From Podarcis vaucheri (lineage: Eukaryota), in NCBI GenBank assembly GCA_965113315.1, contig OZ220374.1: a stretch of 64,000 bases of DNA; one strand, written 5' to 3'. The position numbers and the translations under genes were made by a program. Under the pieces are notes generated by a model. The model made no database searches. It had not been told where the DNA came from and saw only the letters and a program-made list of their open reading frames with translations. This document shows, piece after piece, positions 52,266 through 64,000 of this stretch; position 1 is the first letter of the stretch, and each line of letters begins with the position of its first letter.

Positions 52266-53845
52266 CAGGGGTCTGCAACCTTTAAGACAAAAAGAGCCAC
52301 TTGGACCCGTTTCCGAAAAAACAACAACAACTGGGAGCCGCAAAAACATTGCAACATTTAAAACAAATATAACACTGCATATATTGTTTCTGGCCTTAAT
52401 GCTATATATACAGGATCGTGCAGTCAGCTGTCAATCTCAAGAAAAAAGGACATTGCAACATTTAAAACAAATATAACACTGCATATATTGTTTCTGGCCT
52501 TAATGCTATATATACAGGATCGTGCAGTCAGCTGTCAATCTCAAGAAAAAAGGACAAATTAATAGCTAATTAAAATATTTAATTTACAACCAGGTAACCA
52601 GGTTAATGGGACTTTTGCTCCTGAACCTCAGTGCTCAGTGTCTGCACATCAGGGCTGTAAGACGTCACCTTCATTTTCACACAGGCTTGCAAGCTGTCAT
52701 CTGTGAGGCGTGATCGGTGTTTGTTTTTAATATAGTTCATGTTGGAGAAGACCTGCACACATACATATGTGGAAGAGACCACAAGGGCCATCGAGTCCAA
52801 CCCCCTGCCAAGCAGGAAACACCATCAGAGCACTCCTGACATATGGTTGTCAAGCCTCTGCTTAAAGACCTCCAAAGAAGGAGACTCCACCACACTCCTT
52901 GGCAGCAATTCACCAAACTTTCACCTGCTTAAGTTTAAAAAGGGGCTTCAAGCAACTAAAAAGGGGCTTCAGGCAACTAACTCCACGTGGAATTCCACGC
53001 GACCGCGACTGCATAATCAATGCCACAAAATGCCAAAGAAAATTAACCAGGGCCCCAGTGAACCATAAATCATAATCAGTGCCTGATGTAAATAATAATT
53101 AATAATGAGGGCCCAATGTCATCCTCGTCATTATAAAAATAATCCCTCTCTTCGTGCCGCCCAGCCTCCCAAGAAAAAAACCCCACTTCAAACGGTCACA
53201 AAGCACAAATTCCATGCGACCGCGACTTGCTATGCCCAATAATCAATGCCCCAAAATGCCATAGAAAATTAATCAGGGCCCCAGTGTACCATAAATCATA
53301 ATCAGTGCCTGATGTAAATAATAATTAATAACGAGGCATTCGTCATTATAAAAATACCGTATTTTTCGCCCCATAGGACGCTCCATCCCATAGGACGCAC
53401 CTAGTTTTTTGGGGGGGAAATAAAGGGGGAAAAAATTCCCTTTATTTCCCCCCCAAAAGCAGGTCGGGGAAACCGAACCAGGTTGAGGAACAGCGGGATG
53501 GCGGCGCTGCGCCTCCCTGCTGTCCCCCGAGCTTGTGGGGCTGGCTGATGTCTGCCCCACGCGAGGGGCGCTCTGCATCAGGGCGCCCCCCCTGCGGGGC
53601 GGCAGGCTGCTATCCGCAGTGTCGGGAGCCTTGCCGGGAAGTCCGGCAAGGCTCCACACGCTGCGGATGTCTGCCTGGCGAGGGGGGCGCTCTGCTTTAG
53701 GGCGCCCCGCCCGCCGGGCGGCAGGCTGCTCACCTCCGCCCCTCGCCTCCGCCCCTCGCCTCCTCCCCTCGCCACCGCCCCGGAGCCGCAGCAAAGGCTT
53801 TAAAGAGCCGCATGCGGCTCTGGAGCCGCAGGTTGCCGACCCCCG
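52266..53845 (-). mobile_element. Composite internally deleted hAT transposon (transposase C-terminus, CR1 filler, truncated Tc1/mariner-type MITE)
   Basis: TIRs CAGGGGTCTGCAACC / GGTTGCCGACCCCCG; identical 8-bp TSD TCTTAGCC at 52258-52265 and 53846-53853. It is inserted into an older antisense SINE. Confidence 0.9.
52603..52773 (-). pseudogene. hAT transposase C-terminal (dimerisation-domain) remnant
   Basis: STYVCVQVFSNMNYIKNKHRSRLTDDSLQACVKMKVTSYSPDVQTL...QKSH* matches the STYxCEQxFS-x-M-x-K-xxRSRLTD motif of Charlie/SPIN/GTF2IRD2-like hAT transposases. Confidence 0.85.
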
Positions 53846-54031
53846 TCTTAGCCACTGCAGAACACCATCTCTGTATCTAAATCAACTCTGGCAGCTTTGA
53901 GACCAGTGGCTTAAGAATGTTTTTCACTATTTTAGATTTTTAAAAAATAATAATTATGTGTTTGGAATCCATTGGGAGGAAGGGCAGGGTACAAATTCAA
54001 TAAATAATTTTTAGGAATAGTTTCCTTGCTC

Positions 54032-54368
54032 ACATGGAGTGTCTCCACCCCCATCGTTCAGCCCAGACACTGAGGTCCAGCGTCAAAGGCCTTCTGGTAG
54101 TTCCCTCACTGCGAGAAGTGAGGTTACAGGGAACCAGGCAGAGGGCCTTCTCGGTAGTGGCGCCCTCTCTGTGGAACGCCTTCCCATCAGATGTCAAGGG
54201 AATAAACAACTATCCGACTTTTAGAAGACATCTGAAGGCAGCCCTGTTTAGGGAAGTTTTTAATGTTTTAAGTTTTATTCTTTTTTTTATATTCTGCTGA
54301 AAGCTGCCCAGAGTGGCTGGAGAAACCCAGCCAGAGAGGCGGGGTAGAAATAAATTATTATTATTATT
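54032..54368 (+). mobile_element. L2-clade LINE 3' fragment
   Basis: RAFSVVAPSLWNAFP...FRRHLKAALFREVF; ATT tail. Confidence 0.9.
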
Positions 54369-55202
54369 GCAGCTTTAAACTTGGACGCTAAGGCAATGTT
54401 GATTTAACCTTCTAGAAACAATAATCCATGATGCTTTAAGGCAGACCGGATTTCTCCTGGTATTACCCCTTTTCTCCCCCTTAAAAACAACAGCCACACA
54501 CTTATTATTTTGTGAAGAAGTAAAAGTGGTATTTACTTACATAAAATGTAAAGCAGCAGTTGCAGTAGCAAAATCAAGGCAGGTTTATAACTAATATCTA
54601 AGTTAAAAAGTACAGAATCTAAGTTCAAAATGGTGCAGAGCTCAGACATGCATGTGTGGTCAGCTTCAATGCATGGTGAAGAAAAAGAGAGATGCCCAGG
54701 CCCAGCTGTAGTGTTACAGCTTCTTGTCAGCACAAACAAAGGAAGTGATCTCAGAGTTCTCTCGAGCAAATTTTATAGGAAAGCTGTGAGTGCCTCGGCT
54801 CTTTCATGTGCCTATCCAGCAAAACATGAATGGTTGGTTTGACTGCAATAATGTCCCACATAAATAATAAATAGTGAATGTTAGGGTTTTCCCCTGTTGT
54901 AATTGTTGGGGGCCTTATGCCTGTGATGGCCACCCACTACTCTTTATCTTTTTCTCCCTCTTTACTCTCCATCCAGGCAATTGACTGAGGTCTGAACTGA
55001 TAACTTGCAGATACTTTTTGTCCTCCTTTCACCACTCTATTTGTTTTCAGCTGAGGGCCTTATGCTGTTGCCCTCAGCACTTGAAGCTTGTTTATTATAA
55101 TTCTACAAGATTAATTAGTGTCTAAGTAATCTTGCGGAAGAATAATAAACAGACCTATGATGCTAGGAGCAACAGTTGATTAATTCCCATTCCCCCTTCC
55201 AG

Positions 55203-55203
<1 letters not shown>

Positions 55204-55239
<36 letters not shown>
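55204..55239 (+). repeat. (AC)n microsatellite
   Basis: Read directly. Confidence 0.95.
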
Positions 55240-55241
<2 letters not shown>

Positions 55242-55724
55242 ACACGTGTTCTTCGACAAATGGTTCTTTATGTTAGGCTAAGACACCCCCCCATCCCATG
55301 TGCATTGCATAGTGAAAGCAAGTCCTTTCATAGAGATCCCTTTATTCTTCCAGAAGTGCACATGCTTTGATGCAGTGATGGAGAATTTGTTTCTGTTTGA
55401 GGGCCACATTCCCTTCTGGCCAACTTTATGGGGGCCACATGGCATTAGTGGGTGAGGCCAGTGGATAGAAAGAACAATGAATGTAAATTGAGCAAGAGAT
55501 TTTGTCGGAGTTCAATGACACGTTCCAACTAGGCAAAAAAACAACAACAAAAAAACAGGTGTGTGAAGCAGAGCCAGTGAGGGGGGTGACCTGGGGAAGA
55601 ATTGCATTGGAAGAATTCCAAATGCCAAATAAAGGGCTATGGGGGGGGGCAAATTTGGGCCTCAGGCCTCAGGTTCTTCGACTCTGATGCCATACGATCC
55701 CATGGGTGAGTGCCCACCAACATC

Positions 55725-57060
55725 TTTGTTTGTTTTTTTAAAAAGATATTTATTAAGGTTTTTAACAGTAAATCACCAAACACAGAAAGTACCATCACCA
55801 TAATACAAAGAAAGAAAGAAAAAAGAAAAAGACAAAAGAGTTAAACACAAAATAGAAAACATACAACAAAATCCAGTGTCCAGAAACCTTGTTTCCATCA
55901 CCTTTCGGGCTTCCTCACATCTCCCTTTCCTGCGTTCCCAATATAAAGTTATGAGCAGCAATTTATCACCTTATTTCAGCTCTTATTTTGTAATTTTCAA
56001 ATATTATGTCTCCAACTTTGGATATTTTTATCAAATACTTAAGTAATTTAAACATAATATTAATCCAAATTTCATCTTTGTTCTTAAACATCACTTATTC
56101 TCATATATCTTTCAACTAAGTTGCTGGTGCCATGTTGTTTTCTAACCTGCATCTTCTTAACATTCAGACAGTTTGCAATATTTTTGTAGGTAGTCCTTAA
56201 ACTTTTTCCAATCCTCTTCCACTGTTTCTTCTCCCAGGTCTCGGATTCTGCCAGTCATTTCTGCCAATTCCATGTAGTCTATCAGTTGCGTCTGCCATTC
56301 TTCCAGAGTGGGCAAATCTTGGGTCTTAATGTTTTGCGATAAGTATTCTTGCTGCTGTTGTTGCATACATAAAGAAAGTTCGGTCCTTCTTTAACACTCT
56401 CTGACCAACAATGCCCAAAAGGAAAGTCTCTGGTTTCTTAGGGAAGGTATACTTAAATACCTTTTTCAACTCGTTATAAATCATTTCCCAGAAAGCCTTG
56501 ACCCTTGGGCACGCCCACCAAAGGTGAAAGAATGTTCCTTCAGTCTCTTTACATTTCCAACACTTATTGTCTGGCAAATGATATATTTTTGCAAGCTTGA
56601 CTGGGGTCATGTACCACCTATAAATCATTTTCATAATATTTTCCTTTAAGGCATTACATGCCGTGAACCTCACACCGGTGGTCCATAACCTTTCCCAGTC
56701 AGCAAACATAATATTGTACCCAATGTCCTGTGCCCATTTTATCATAGCTGATTTAACCATTTCATCTTGAGTGTTCCATCTTAACAGCAAGTTATACATT
56801 TTTGAAAGTACCTTAGTCTTAGGTTCTAGCAATTCTGTTTCTAGTTTCGATTTTTCCACCTGGAAACCTGTTTTTCTATCCAAATTAAAAACCTCCCTAA
56901 TCTGAGCGTAATGTAACCAATCTCGCACTTTATCCTTCAATTTCTCAAAACTCTGCAATCTCCAAGTGTCTCCATCTTTTTCTAATATTTCCCAATACTT
57001 CAGCCATTTGGCCTCCATATTGAGTCTTTGTTTCTGATTTCTACCAACTGGAGTTTCCAA
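55725..57060 (-). mobile_element. 5'-truncated L1-clade LINE (ORF2 C-terminal zinc-knuckle region, 3'UTR, poly-A)
   Basis: YRWYMTPVKL..CWKCKETEGTFFHLWWAC CCHC motif; minus-strand AATAAA and A-rich tail at 55725-55755. Confidence 0.9.
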
Positions 57061-58376
57061 AGGATCTTCAGAAGCTGGTCCCATGCACAGTGCATTACAG
57101 TAAGAGTTTGAGGAAACGGTATGTAATGTGCAGGGTTAGAGCTTGTTATGGCCCATATGAAAGAAGGAAAGGGGATCCCAAACAAACAAGCTGTCATCAA
57201 TCCAAGCAGAAGTGCCAGTGTAAAGGCAGCTTGTCTTATTGCTGGTTAAGGAAGGGAAAGGTCCTTGGAAGCACACATTGCACTGTGCTTCCCATTCCAA
57301 ACATTGGGAACCCCAAATCCACTAGGGTCTCTAGTCTGTGTTTGCTGGAAGCGACGAGCAGTGGTACATATCCCTATTTCACCTTTTCTGCCTTCAGTCT
57401 GTTCTGTCTATTCTTTTCAGTGGCATTTTCTCTTACAATAGATAAACTAAAAGTTACAGCCAGTATCTGAAGTATATTATTGTTCCAGTTATAAATGTTA
57501 TGTATAATGAGTGGATCCGAGAAGAGAGATCGTATCTGAGAGAAAACATTTTTCTTACAATAGCAGAATTAAAAAGATACCGAATATGTTTTCATTATTA
57601 TGCAGGGGCACGTATACAGATTACAATGGAAGACTTTTTTGCTGCTTTATAGTTTAAATCAGACATTCTTTCGAATTACAATAAAGCATTTAGAATTCTG
57701 AAAACAAGGTCCTTGAGATTTTTTGTAGAAAGCTCTTGAATTAAGTATTCACTTGTATGACTCAAAGTAATATCAAGTCTGAAAGATAATTCGATTTAGC
57801 TTTGTCACCCAAAAGGCACTCCCAACTGGAAAAGGAAGGAGCTTTTGTGTGTCCAGAATTTTAACTAGCACATTTTAAGCATTTTTAAAATAATTAGCAT
57901 GGGTGCGTTGTTTTTTAGAGAGAAAGACCAAAAATGTGAAACATGAATTGAAATATTCACTGCAGTGTTTAAAAAATGATATTAAATACAGTATGGTCTT
58001 TTTAAACTAAGGAAAATATACTAGTGGTTGGATCCCAACTTAATCATACTCAAGCATATATTCATTGAAATAGGTGAGTAAAATCCCATTGCTTTCAGTG
58101 GGGTTGACTTCAACCCAAAGCTCTTATTGAGTCTTCCTGTACTCTAGTGGATCAGCTTTCTTAAACACTGTGAGCTCTTTTCAGATGATAAAATAAATGT
58201 GTGGCTGTCAGGCGGTATTAGGATTGTGCATTCACTCCATGCAAAACATCTGAAAGGAGTTTTATGTTTGTTGAGTTGACTCCTGATAAACTTTTGCAGG
58301 TGTGGAAGAGTTTTCAATATTTTTTCACCTCTCTCCATTCCTACTAGAAATCTGTCAAAAGTATTTGATTTGTTGT

Positions 58377-58422
58377 CTTCCTTCCTTCCTTCCTTCCTTC
58401 CTTCCTTCCTTCCTTCCTTCCT
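58377..58422 (+). repeat. (CTTC)n microsatellite
   Basis: Read directly. Confidence 0.95.
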
Positions 58423-59692
58423 GCTTCATGTTGGAATCTCTTAGTCATATAATGTTCTTCCAACGTTCTAAGACCTTTTCTCCTTTGCAGTTAATTTGCC
58501 AGATTTATCATTAAAGCTTCTAATGGTTCTATTGTTCTCTACATCATTGACCCAAGAACTGGCCTTGTTTGGACACATTGCTGGCTATAAGCCATAGTTA
58601 GACAAAGTAGTACATGTAGCTTGAATACTCCCTGCTGTGCTGCTTCCTTCCTTGAGCAGGAAAACAAATTATATAGTGGCTGGTTTACGGTTATGTCCTA
58701 ACACACACCTGTGGTCCTTCTTCCCACCCAACGAACTTTGATTGAGAAGCCAAATTTAAGGTAATACAAAGTCAGCTGCTCAGTGGTTTGTTTTCTTGCT
58801 CAAGGAGGGGAGAAACAAAGTGAGGAGGGATTGAGAGGGGTGCACAACCACGCAGCATGTTCACAGACTAATTTGGCTAATAACATGCTTTATGGTCAGT
58901 GATATGTGTAAATCATTTATGTCTAAATATGTCTATGGTCAGTGATGACTAAAAGTGATGACTGGTTTACACACAGCATCATCATTTTACCAGACAAGAG
59001 CGTCTGTCCTATTTCTTTTTCTTTCTCTGAGCTTACAATAGCTTCTTGATCAGCTGTTGATGTGAATGTTGATGCTGATTTGTTCAAATGAAATCTCGTT
59101 TATTAAATTGCTGAAGCAGGCTGTCACTGAACTCTGCACGCTGACATTAAAGCTCTGGAATGTAATATAATTAGCAATCCCAGTAGTAGCTTTAATAGCA
59201 TTAAGTGTTAAGACAACAATAAATTACATGGGACATCTATTTAAAAATAAGCTGGTTTTCAGAAAAATAATTCACCGTAACCTGAAATGAAGCCTCCATG
59301 ATTTTATTGAAAGTTCCATTGTGAACTTTTCCTCCTTTGACATATTAATTAACCAGAGAACATCCTCAAATTTTAACTGTAGACGAATGGCAGAATGAGC
59401 TGCACTGACTGTAGATCTTTCTTTCCCCTTTTTTATAGCTTGCTGGAATCAGAGGAGAAGAGGTTTGGGGCACCAGTAAGAGTTGAGTCTACAGCTTCCC
59501 AAGGGTGCTATCTTTGTGCTACTAGCTTTGTACAGTCAGTACAATATGTCTCCTTGCTATGTACATGCCTGGCATAGGAGAACATTCTGTCAGCATAGTT
59601 ATGTTCAGTACGCACCTGCCTTCCCATTGTGGAGGTTGCTGGTGGTAGCAGAGGGGAATAAGGCTGCAGAGAGGTAGCCATAGTGTGGTGAT

Positions 59693-60094
59693 AATAGAAT
59701 CCTAGGGTTTGAAAGGATCCTGAGGATCATCTAGTCTAACCCTATGTAATGCAGGAATATGCAGTTGTCCCATACGGGGATTGAACCTACAACCTTGACT
59801 ACTGAGCCAGTGTGGTGTAGTGGTTAGGAGTGGTAGACTCGTAATCTGGTGAACCGGGTTCGCGTCCCCACTCCTCCACATGCAGCTGCTGGGTGACCTT
59901 GAGCCAGGCACACTTCTCTGAAGTCTCTCAGCCCCACTCACCTCACAGAGTGTTTGTTGTGGGGGAGGAAGGGAAAGGAGAATGTTAGCCGCTTTGAGAC
60001 TCCTTAGGGTAGTGATAAAGCAGGATATCAAAGCCAAACTCTTCTTCTTCTTGACATTATCAGCACCATGCTCTAACCAACCGAGCTATCCAGG
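59693..60094 (-). mobile_element. POM/Squam2-like SINE interrupted by a sense Squam3-like SINE (59804-60050)
   Basis: Both halves match the 8289-8438 copy; CTTGAC is duplicated around the insert. Confidence 0.8.
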
Positions 60095-61514
60095 TGTGTT
60101 GGATTGACTCCACCACTATGTCTGTCCCACACTGACCTCCCTACCCCTCTCCCCCTTGGCTGCTAGCAGTGACCTCTACACTAGAAAGTCAGGTGAGCAG
60201 TGCCTCCCCATCATGCTCTGCCCAGCCGACTGCTTTGAGTTAGTATTAGTGCCAACTTTAAGTAAATACAGACGGAGACCAGCAATAAAGCATTGCAGTG
60301 AATCACCAGGTCCATTTCTATTAAGGATTCCAGCCAGCCCAGGAATTTTGTAGCGGGGAAAGGGTTAAGTTTATTCTTGCTGCACCTCCTGAAACCTCCC
60401 CAGTGTTGTATCTAAAGAGCTTAGGTTTGAGGCTAGCTGCTACTCTTGAAACTGGTTAGGGAGTTTTCTGGAGAGGGAGAAAGGGGAGAGAGAGTATCCT
60501 TTTTAATTTCTTTCCTCTTGAAAGAAGTGCAGGGCAGGAAACAGTGTTGTTCATAAACTCATGTTGCACATCGCTTTCCAGATCGTGGCTACAGCTGCAA
60601 GCAGGCTGGCTTGTTCTCTTTCCCCCAACCCACAATATGCACTCATCATTCCACAGGTACTTGAAGCGAGTGAGCTTGTCGAGTCATTTGAAAAAATTAT
60701 AGCAATTTGCAGGCTAATGTCCTTTTGTGTACCTGAGTCCCTCGAGTGCACAGAAACCATGACCTTATGATTAGGTGGCCCTGTTTCACCAGCAAAATGA
60801 TAGGCAAGGGACCACACAAGTTCATTGCTAGAAGGATGGTAATTCTTACCTTGCTGACATTTTTGTGGCTTGTTTACAGTGCTAGTTATATAGTTTGTAT
60901 GTGCAGTTTTCTATTGTAACCTTTCAGGTTCTATGTTTTGTATGCTACCTTGCACAATGTTCTATTTGAAAAGTGAAGGATAAATCCAGAAAGTAATAAG
61001 ATGCCAACATCCACTTTTGGGAGACAACTAGACCACTGTGAGTTTCAGCAAAAGGACTATCATCATGCAAATATATGATGAAAGATTAATATATAGGTCC
61101 CTAAATGCATGTTTGGGTTAAAAGTGGGTCTTGGGTTTGAAAAAGGTTGACCTAGACTACTGAACACTAGTATTATGTGCTAGTATGCATGGGACTGTAG
61201 CCATAGCCGTGGATTCCCTACGACAGTTACCAGATGCTCTTCAGTAAACTAACTTTCTTTATTTTGATGACAGAGCTCTTGTGCCTTTGTAACAGCAGCA
61301 TGGTTGACAGAAATCAAGCTTGTGGAACTTCCTTAAAAATGCACCTCTATGGGACAGAAAACACCACAAATTGAATTTCTGCCTATTATGTGACTTTTGC
61401 AAAGGCTCAAGAGTCCTCCCAAAAACTTCACTCATACTCTGTCCCTTGCCTCCAGCCCTGCAATGGATGACATGCAACATCATGCTTTAGAAGGGGGAAA
61501 TCTTTTGACCATTA

Positions 61515-61721
61515 CAGTGGTACCTCGGGTTACATACGCTTCAGGTTACAGACTCTGCTAACCCAGAAATAGTACCTTGGGATGAGAACAGAAATTGTGT
61601 GGTGGCGGTGCAGCGGCAGCAGGAGGCCCCATTAGCTAAAGTGGTGCTTCAGGTTAAGAACAGTTTCAGGTTAAGAACAGACCTCCAAAACAAATTAAGT
61701 ACTTAACCCGAGGTACCACTG
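61515..61721. mobile_element. TcMar-Tigger-like MITE
   Basis: CAGTGGTACCTCGGGTTA / TAACCCGAGGTACCACTG. Confidence 0.9.
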
Positions 61722-63204
61722 TTTTGTTCACCAGAGTCCCTTTCCTCTGGAACTATTACAGTTCATTTGTTCGTTTACTGCAAATTTTTTTTACATCTCA
61801 AAATAATTAACAACTTGGCATATGAGGGGAAAATATGATTTAGGAAGCAAAGGTGCCAGCTGAGCTGAGAGAGTGCTTTATTCTGCTTGCCAACTAATTA
61901 ATGCCAGGTTTAGATGCTGAATCCAGAAAATAAAAGTCTCCAAGGGAACTCCTTCAGTAATTATTGACTTTGGTGCAGTAGGATCCTTGTTTTAATAAAA
62001 CAATTGGGGGAGAGACTAGGATAAAAGAGGATGAAAGCTTCTATTGAGACACATCCGTATTACACCTTGAGGTGAAAAGCTCTAAAATAGTTTATTATAA
62101 CGGGAAGTATTAGGTGGCATGCTTGGCATAAGGGGCATGAATTCCACTGGAACAGCCCTGGAAAAGTAGCACAGAGGTTTGAAGAAGGTTCCTATCACAA
62201 CATGTACCATTCTAATTCTTAACCATCCTTGTCTGGTTTATATGTTATGTAAGCTTTTACTTCTGCTCTGCAAGTTATTGAACAGTATGTCATGGATATT
62301 TTCCGGCTCACATTTTTCTATATAAAGAAATCTTCCTATCCTTGTTGAAAGTGTGTTCCCTCCTAACACATTGCAGATTTAACTTGCATTCTTAAACTTT
62401 TTTGAATCTTAACAGTTGTATCCAAAGTAGCGCTGCCTGAATGTTCTGTTAGTGCAAGGATTACCGTGTGTGCAATCAATTTTTAATATATGTTTAAAAT
62501 GTGTATTTGAAGTTACGGATATAAGAAGCCATCGGTTTCCATTCTAACTTGTTTGCTGCATGTACCATTGCTTCTGTTCCACTGCACTCCAGTTTCTGAA
62601 AAGCTATGTCATTCATCTCACTGGCCGGTGTGGTGGAATTTTCCATAATTATAGGGAACCCAATGCAAAAGGGGAGAAATGTCATGTATTGCTTGCAGAC
62701 TGACAACAATGAATGCCAATCATAGTTGCTGGATTGATTTCTCTTCTAGACATGGGATGAGTCAGAGAACATAGGCAGTTTCTGTTTCTGTCTGAATTCT
62801 TCAACATCCATAATTTGAAATGAAGTTGTTACGTCATTTGATGAGTATATAGTAGGGTCCAGTCTTACTGTTGTCCAGAGATCTTAGTTCCTTCTCATGC
62901 AGTGTGTGAAACCTGCTTGACAGTCATGACATTAGGGTCAAAATTCCAGCCATGATCTTCAGCATTGTTGACTTCTGAAAAGTGTAACTAAAAAGTATAC
63001 CTAATAAAGCATAAAACTTTGGAGGGCAACTAACTGCATAAAGTCTGGCAGTTTCCCATGTCTAAAGCTGTTGGTGGTTGTGGCAGACCCAAATGATTTG
63101 CCATACTCGTGGAATGTTTAGGAATATTTTAGCATATATCATCAAAAGCAGCACATGCACATTTCTGCATCTCCTAATCGTGGCTTTTGCTTTTCTTTTA
63201 ACAG

Positions 63205-63469
63205 TGTTTTCATATACCATCAGTGCCAGAAGCTTCAGAAAATTGGCACCATCTAGAAGTTAGCGCAGATTGATTTTCTTCTTCCTGGATATCTGATAAT
63301 TTGAGAAACTAAACTGTAAAAACTGCTGGGGGGTATTTTGATTACCTCCACCTGAAGCAGACAAGAAGACTGGTATGTAAACTGCACTTTGCCATCATTA
63401 TGATGAACACGGAGAAATGGGCTAACCTCAGTCCTTCGGAATTCTCTCAGCTTCAGAAGTATGCAGAAT
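63205..63469 (+). other. DGKB: DGKB exon containing 195 nt of 5'UTR plus the start codon
   Basis: Branch-point-like CTAAT at about 63174, pyrimidine tract GCTTTTGCTTTTCTTTTAACAG ending at 63204, and GTAAGT donor at 63470. Confidence 0.85.
63400..63469 (+). CDS. DGKB: First coding exon of diacylglycerol kinase beta (partial CDS, 70 nt, phase-1 donor; gene continues beyond the window)
   Basis: ATG at 63400 translates to [23 protein letters not shown] plus 1 nt, then GTAAGT at 63470. This matches the vertebrate DGKB N-terminus as I recall it (human [24 protein letters not shown]). Too short for the ORF track. Confidence 0.95.
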
Positions 63470-63656
63470 GTAAGTACTCAATTTTTTTAAACTTTTATAT
63501 TTCTGTGTATTTGTATCAAATTTTCAGCTATATGAAAATGTAAGACATAAAAGTGTCCAAATGCAATTTGATGTCATAACAATTTTTTTGTAAGTAAATA
63601 TATGTATATATAGAGAGAAATTATTCAGTTGTGTGTGTGTCTGTGTGTGTCTGTTT

Positions 63657-63900
63657 GTACTTGGTTTTCGAACAGCTTAGTTCTCCAATGTTTTGGCTCC
63701 CGAATGCCGCAAACCCGGAAGTGACTGTTCCGGTTTGTGAACTATTTTTGGAAGCCAAACGTCCGACAGGGCTTCCACGGCTTCCGATTGGCTACAGGAA
63801 CTTCCTGCAGCCAATCAGAAGCCACACTTTGGTTTCTGAACATTTTGGAAGTTGAACGTACTTCTGGAACTGATTCCGTTCGACTTCCAAGGTACAACTG
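63657..63900. mobile_element. Degenerate Tigger-like MITE in DGKB intron 2
   Basis: CCAAGGTACAACTG right end; repeated TTCGAAC/TCCGAAC-like motifs and an internal GATTGGCT..CAGGAA/TTCCTGCAGCCAATC palindrome. Confidence 0.6.
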
Positions 63901-64000
63901 TGTTTATATATATATTCTGCCTTGACAATAGACTCTTGAATGCAGAAAGGTCCCCATTACTGGGAACTCTTCCAAAACTCGGTATCAATTAATGAAAGGC

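Noticed and set aside
59040-59400. Repeat-free, homeobox-motif-rich intronic stretches (also about 41260-41620 and 23400-23600) as conserved enhancers
   Set aside because: Conservation cannot be judged without alignments.
63205-63399. N-terminal extension of DGKB through the in-phase 195-nt UTR
   Set aside because: In-frame TGA at 63271-63273.
1-64000. CRISPR arrays, operons, rRNA or other prokaryotic systems
   Set aside because: The sequence is clearly vertebrate; the repeats are microsatellites and transposons with no repeat-spacer periodicity.

Overview
Vertebrate genomic DNA, most likely a lacertid lizard (inferred from Sauria SINEs, tRNA/CR1-tail SINEs, BovB, L2, CR1 and lizard-type MITEs). 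The only host gene I recognise is DGKB (diacylglycerol kinase beta, + strand). It has a CpG-island promoter and probable non-coding first exon at about 32.2-32.9 kb, an intron of about 30.6 kb, and a first coding exon at 63205-63469 ([23 protein letters not shown]). The rest is intergenic or intronic and rich in transposable elements; every long ORF I could assign is a retrotransposon or transposase remnant. The most striking structure is the second CpG island at about 24-25 kb. It lies entirely inside a non-autonomous hAT transposon (23907-25085; perfect 15-bp TIRs, perfect 8-bp TSD TCCTAGAG). This element appears to have captured another gene's promoter, first exon and start of intron 1 (ZNF143/SBS motifs, E2F-like and CHR motifs, ATG exon, splice donors, an old intronic SINE) and placed them in sense about 7 kb upstream of DGKB. 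Two more TSD-bounded hAT elements carry foreign cargo (5606-6036, 52266-53845), which suggests cargo-carrying 'Pack-hAT' elements are moving CpG islands around this genome. All calls are by eye; no database searches were run.
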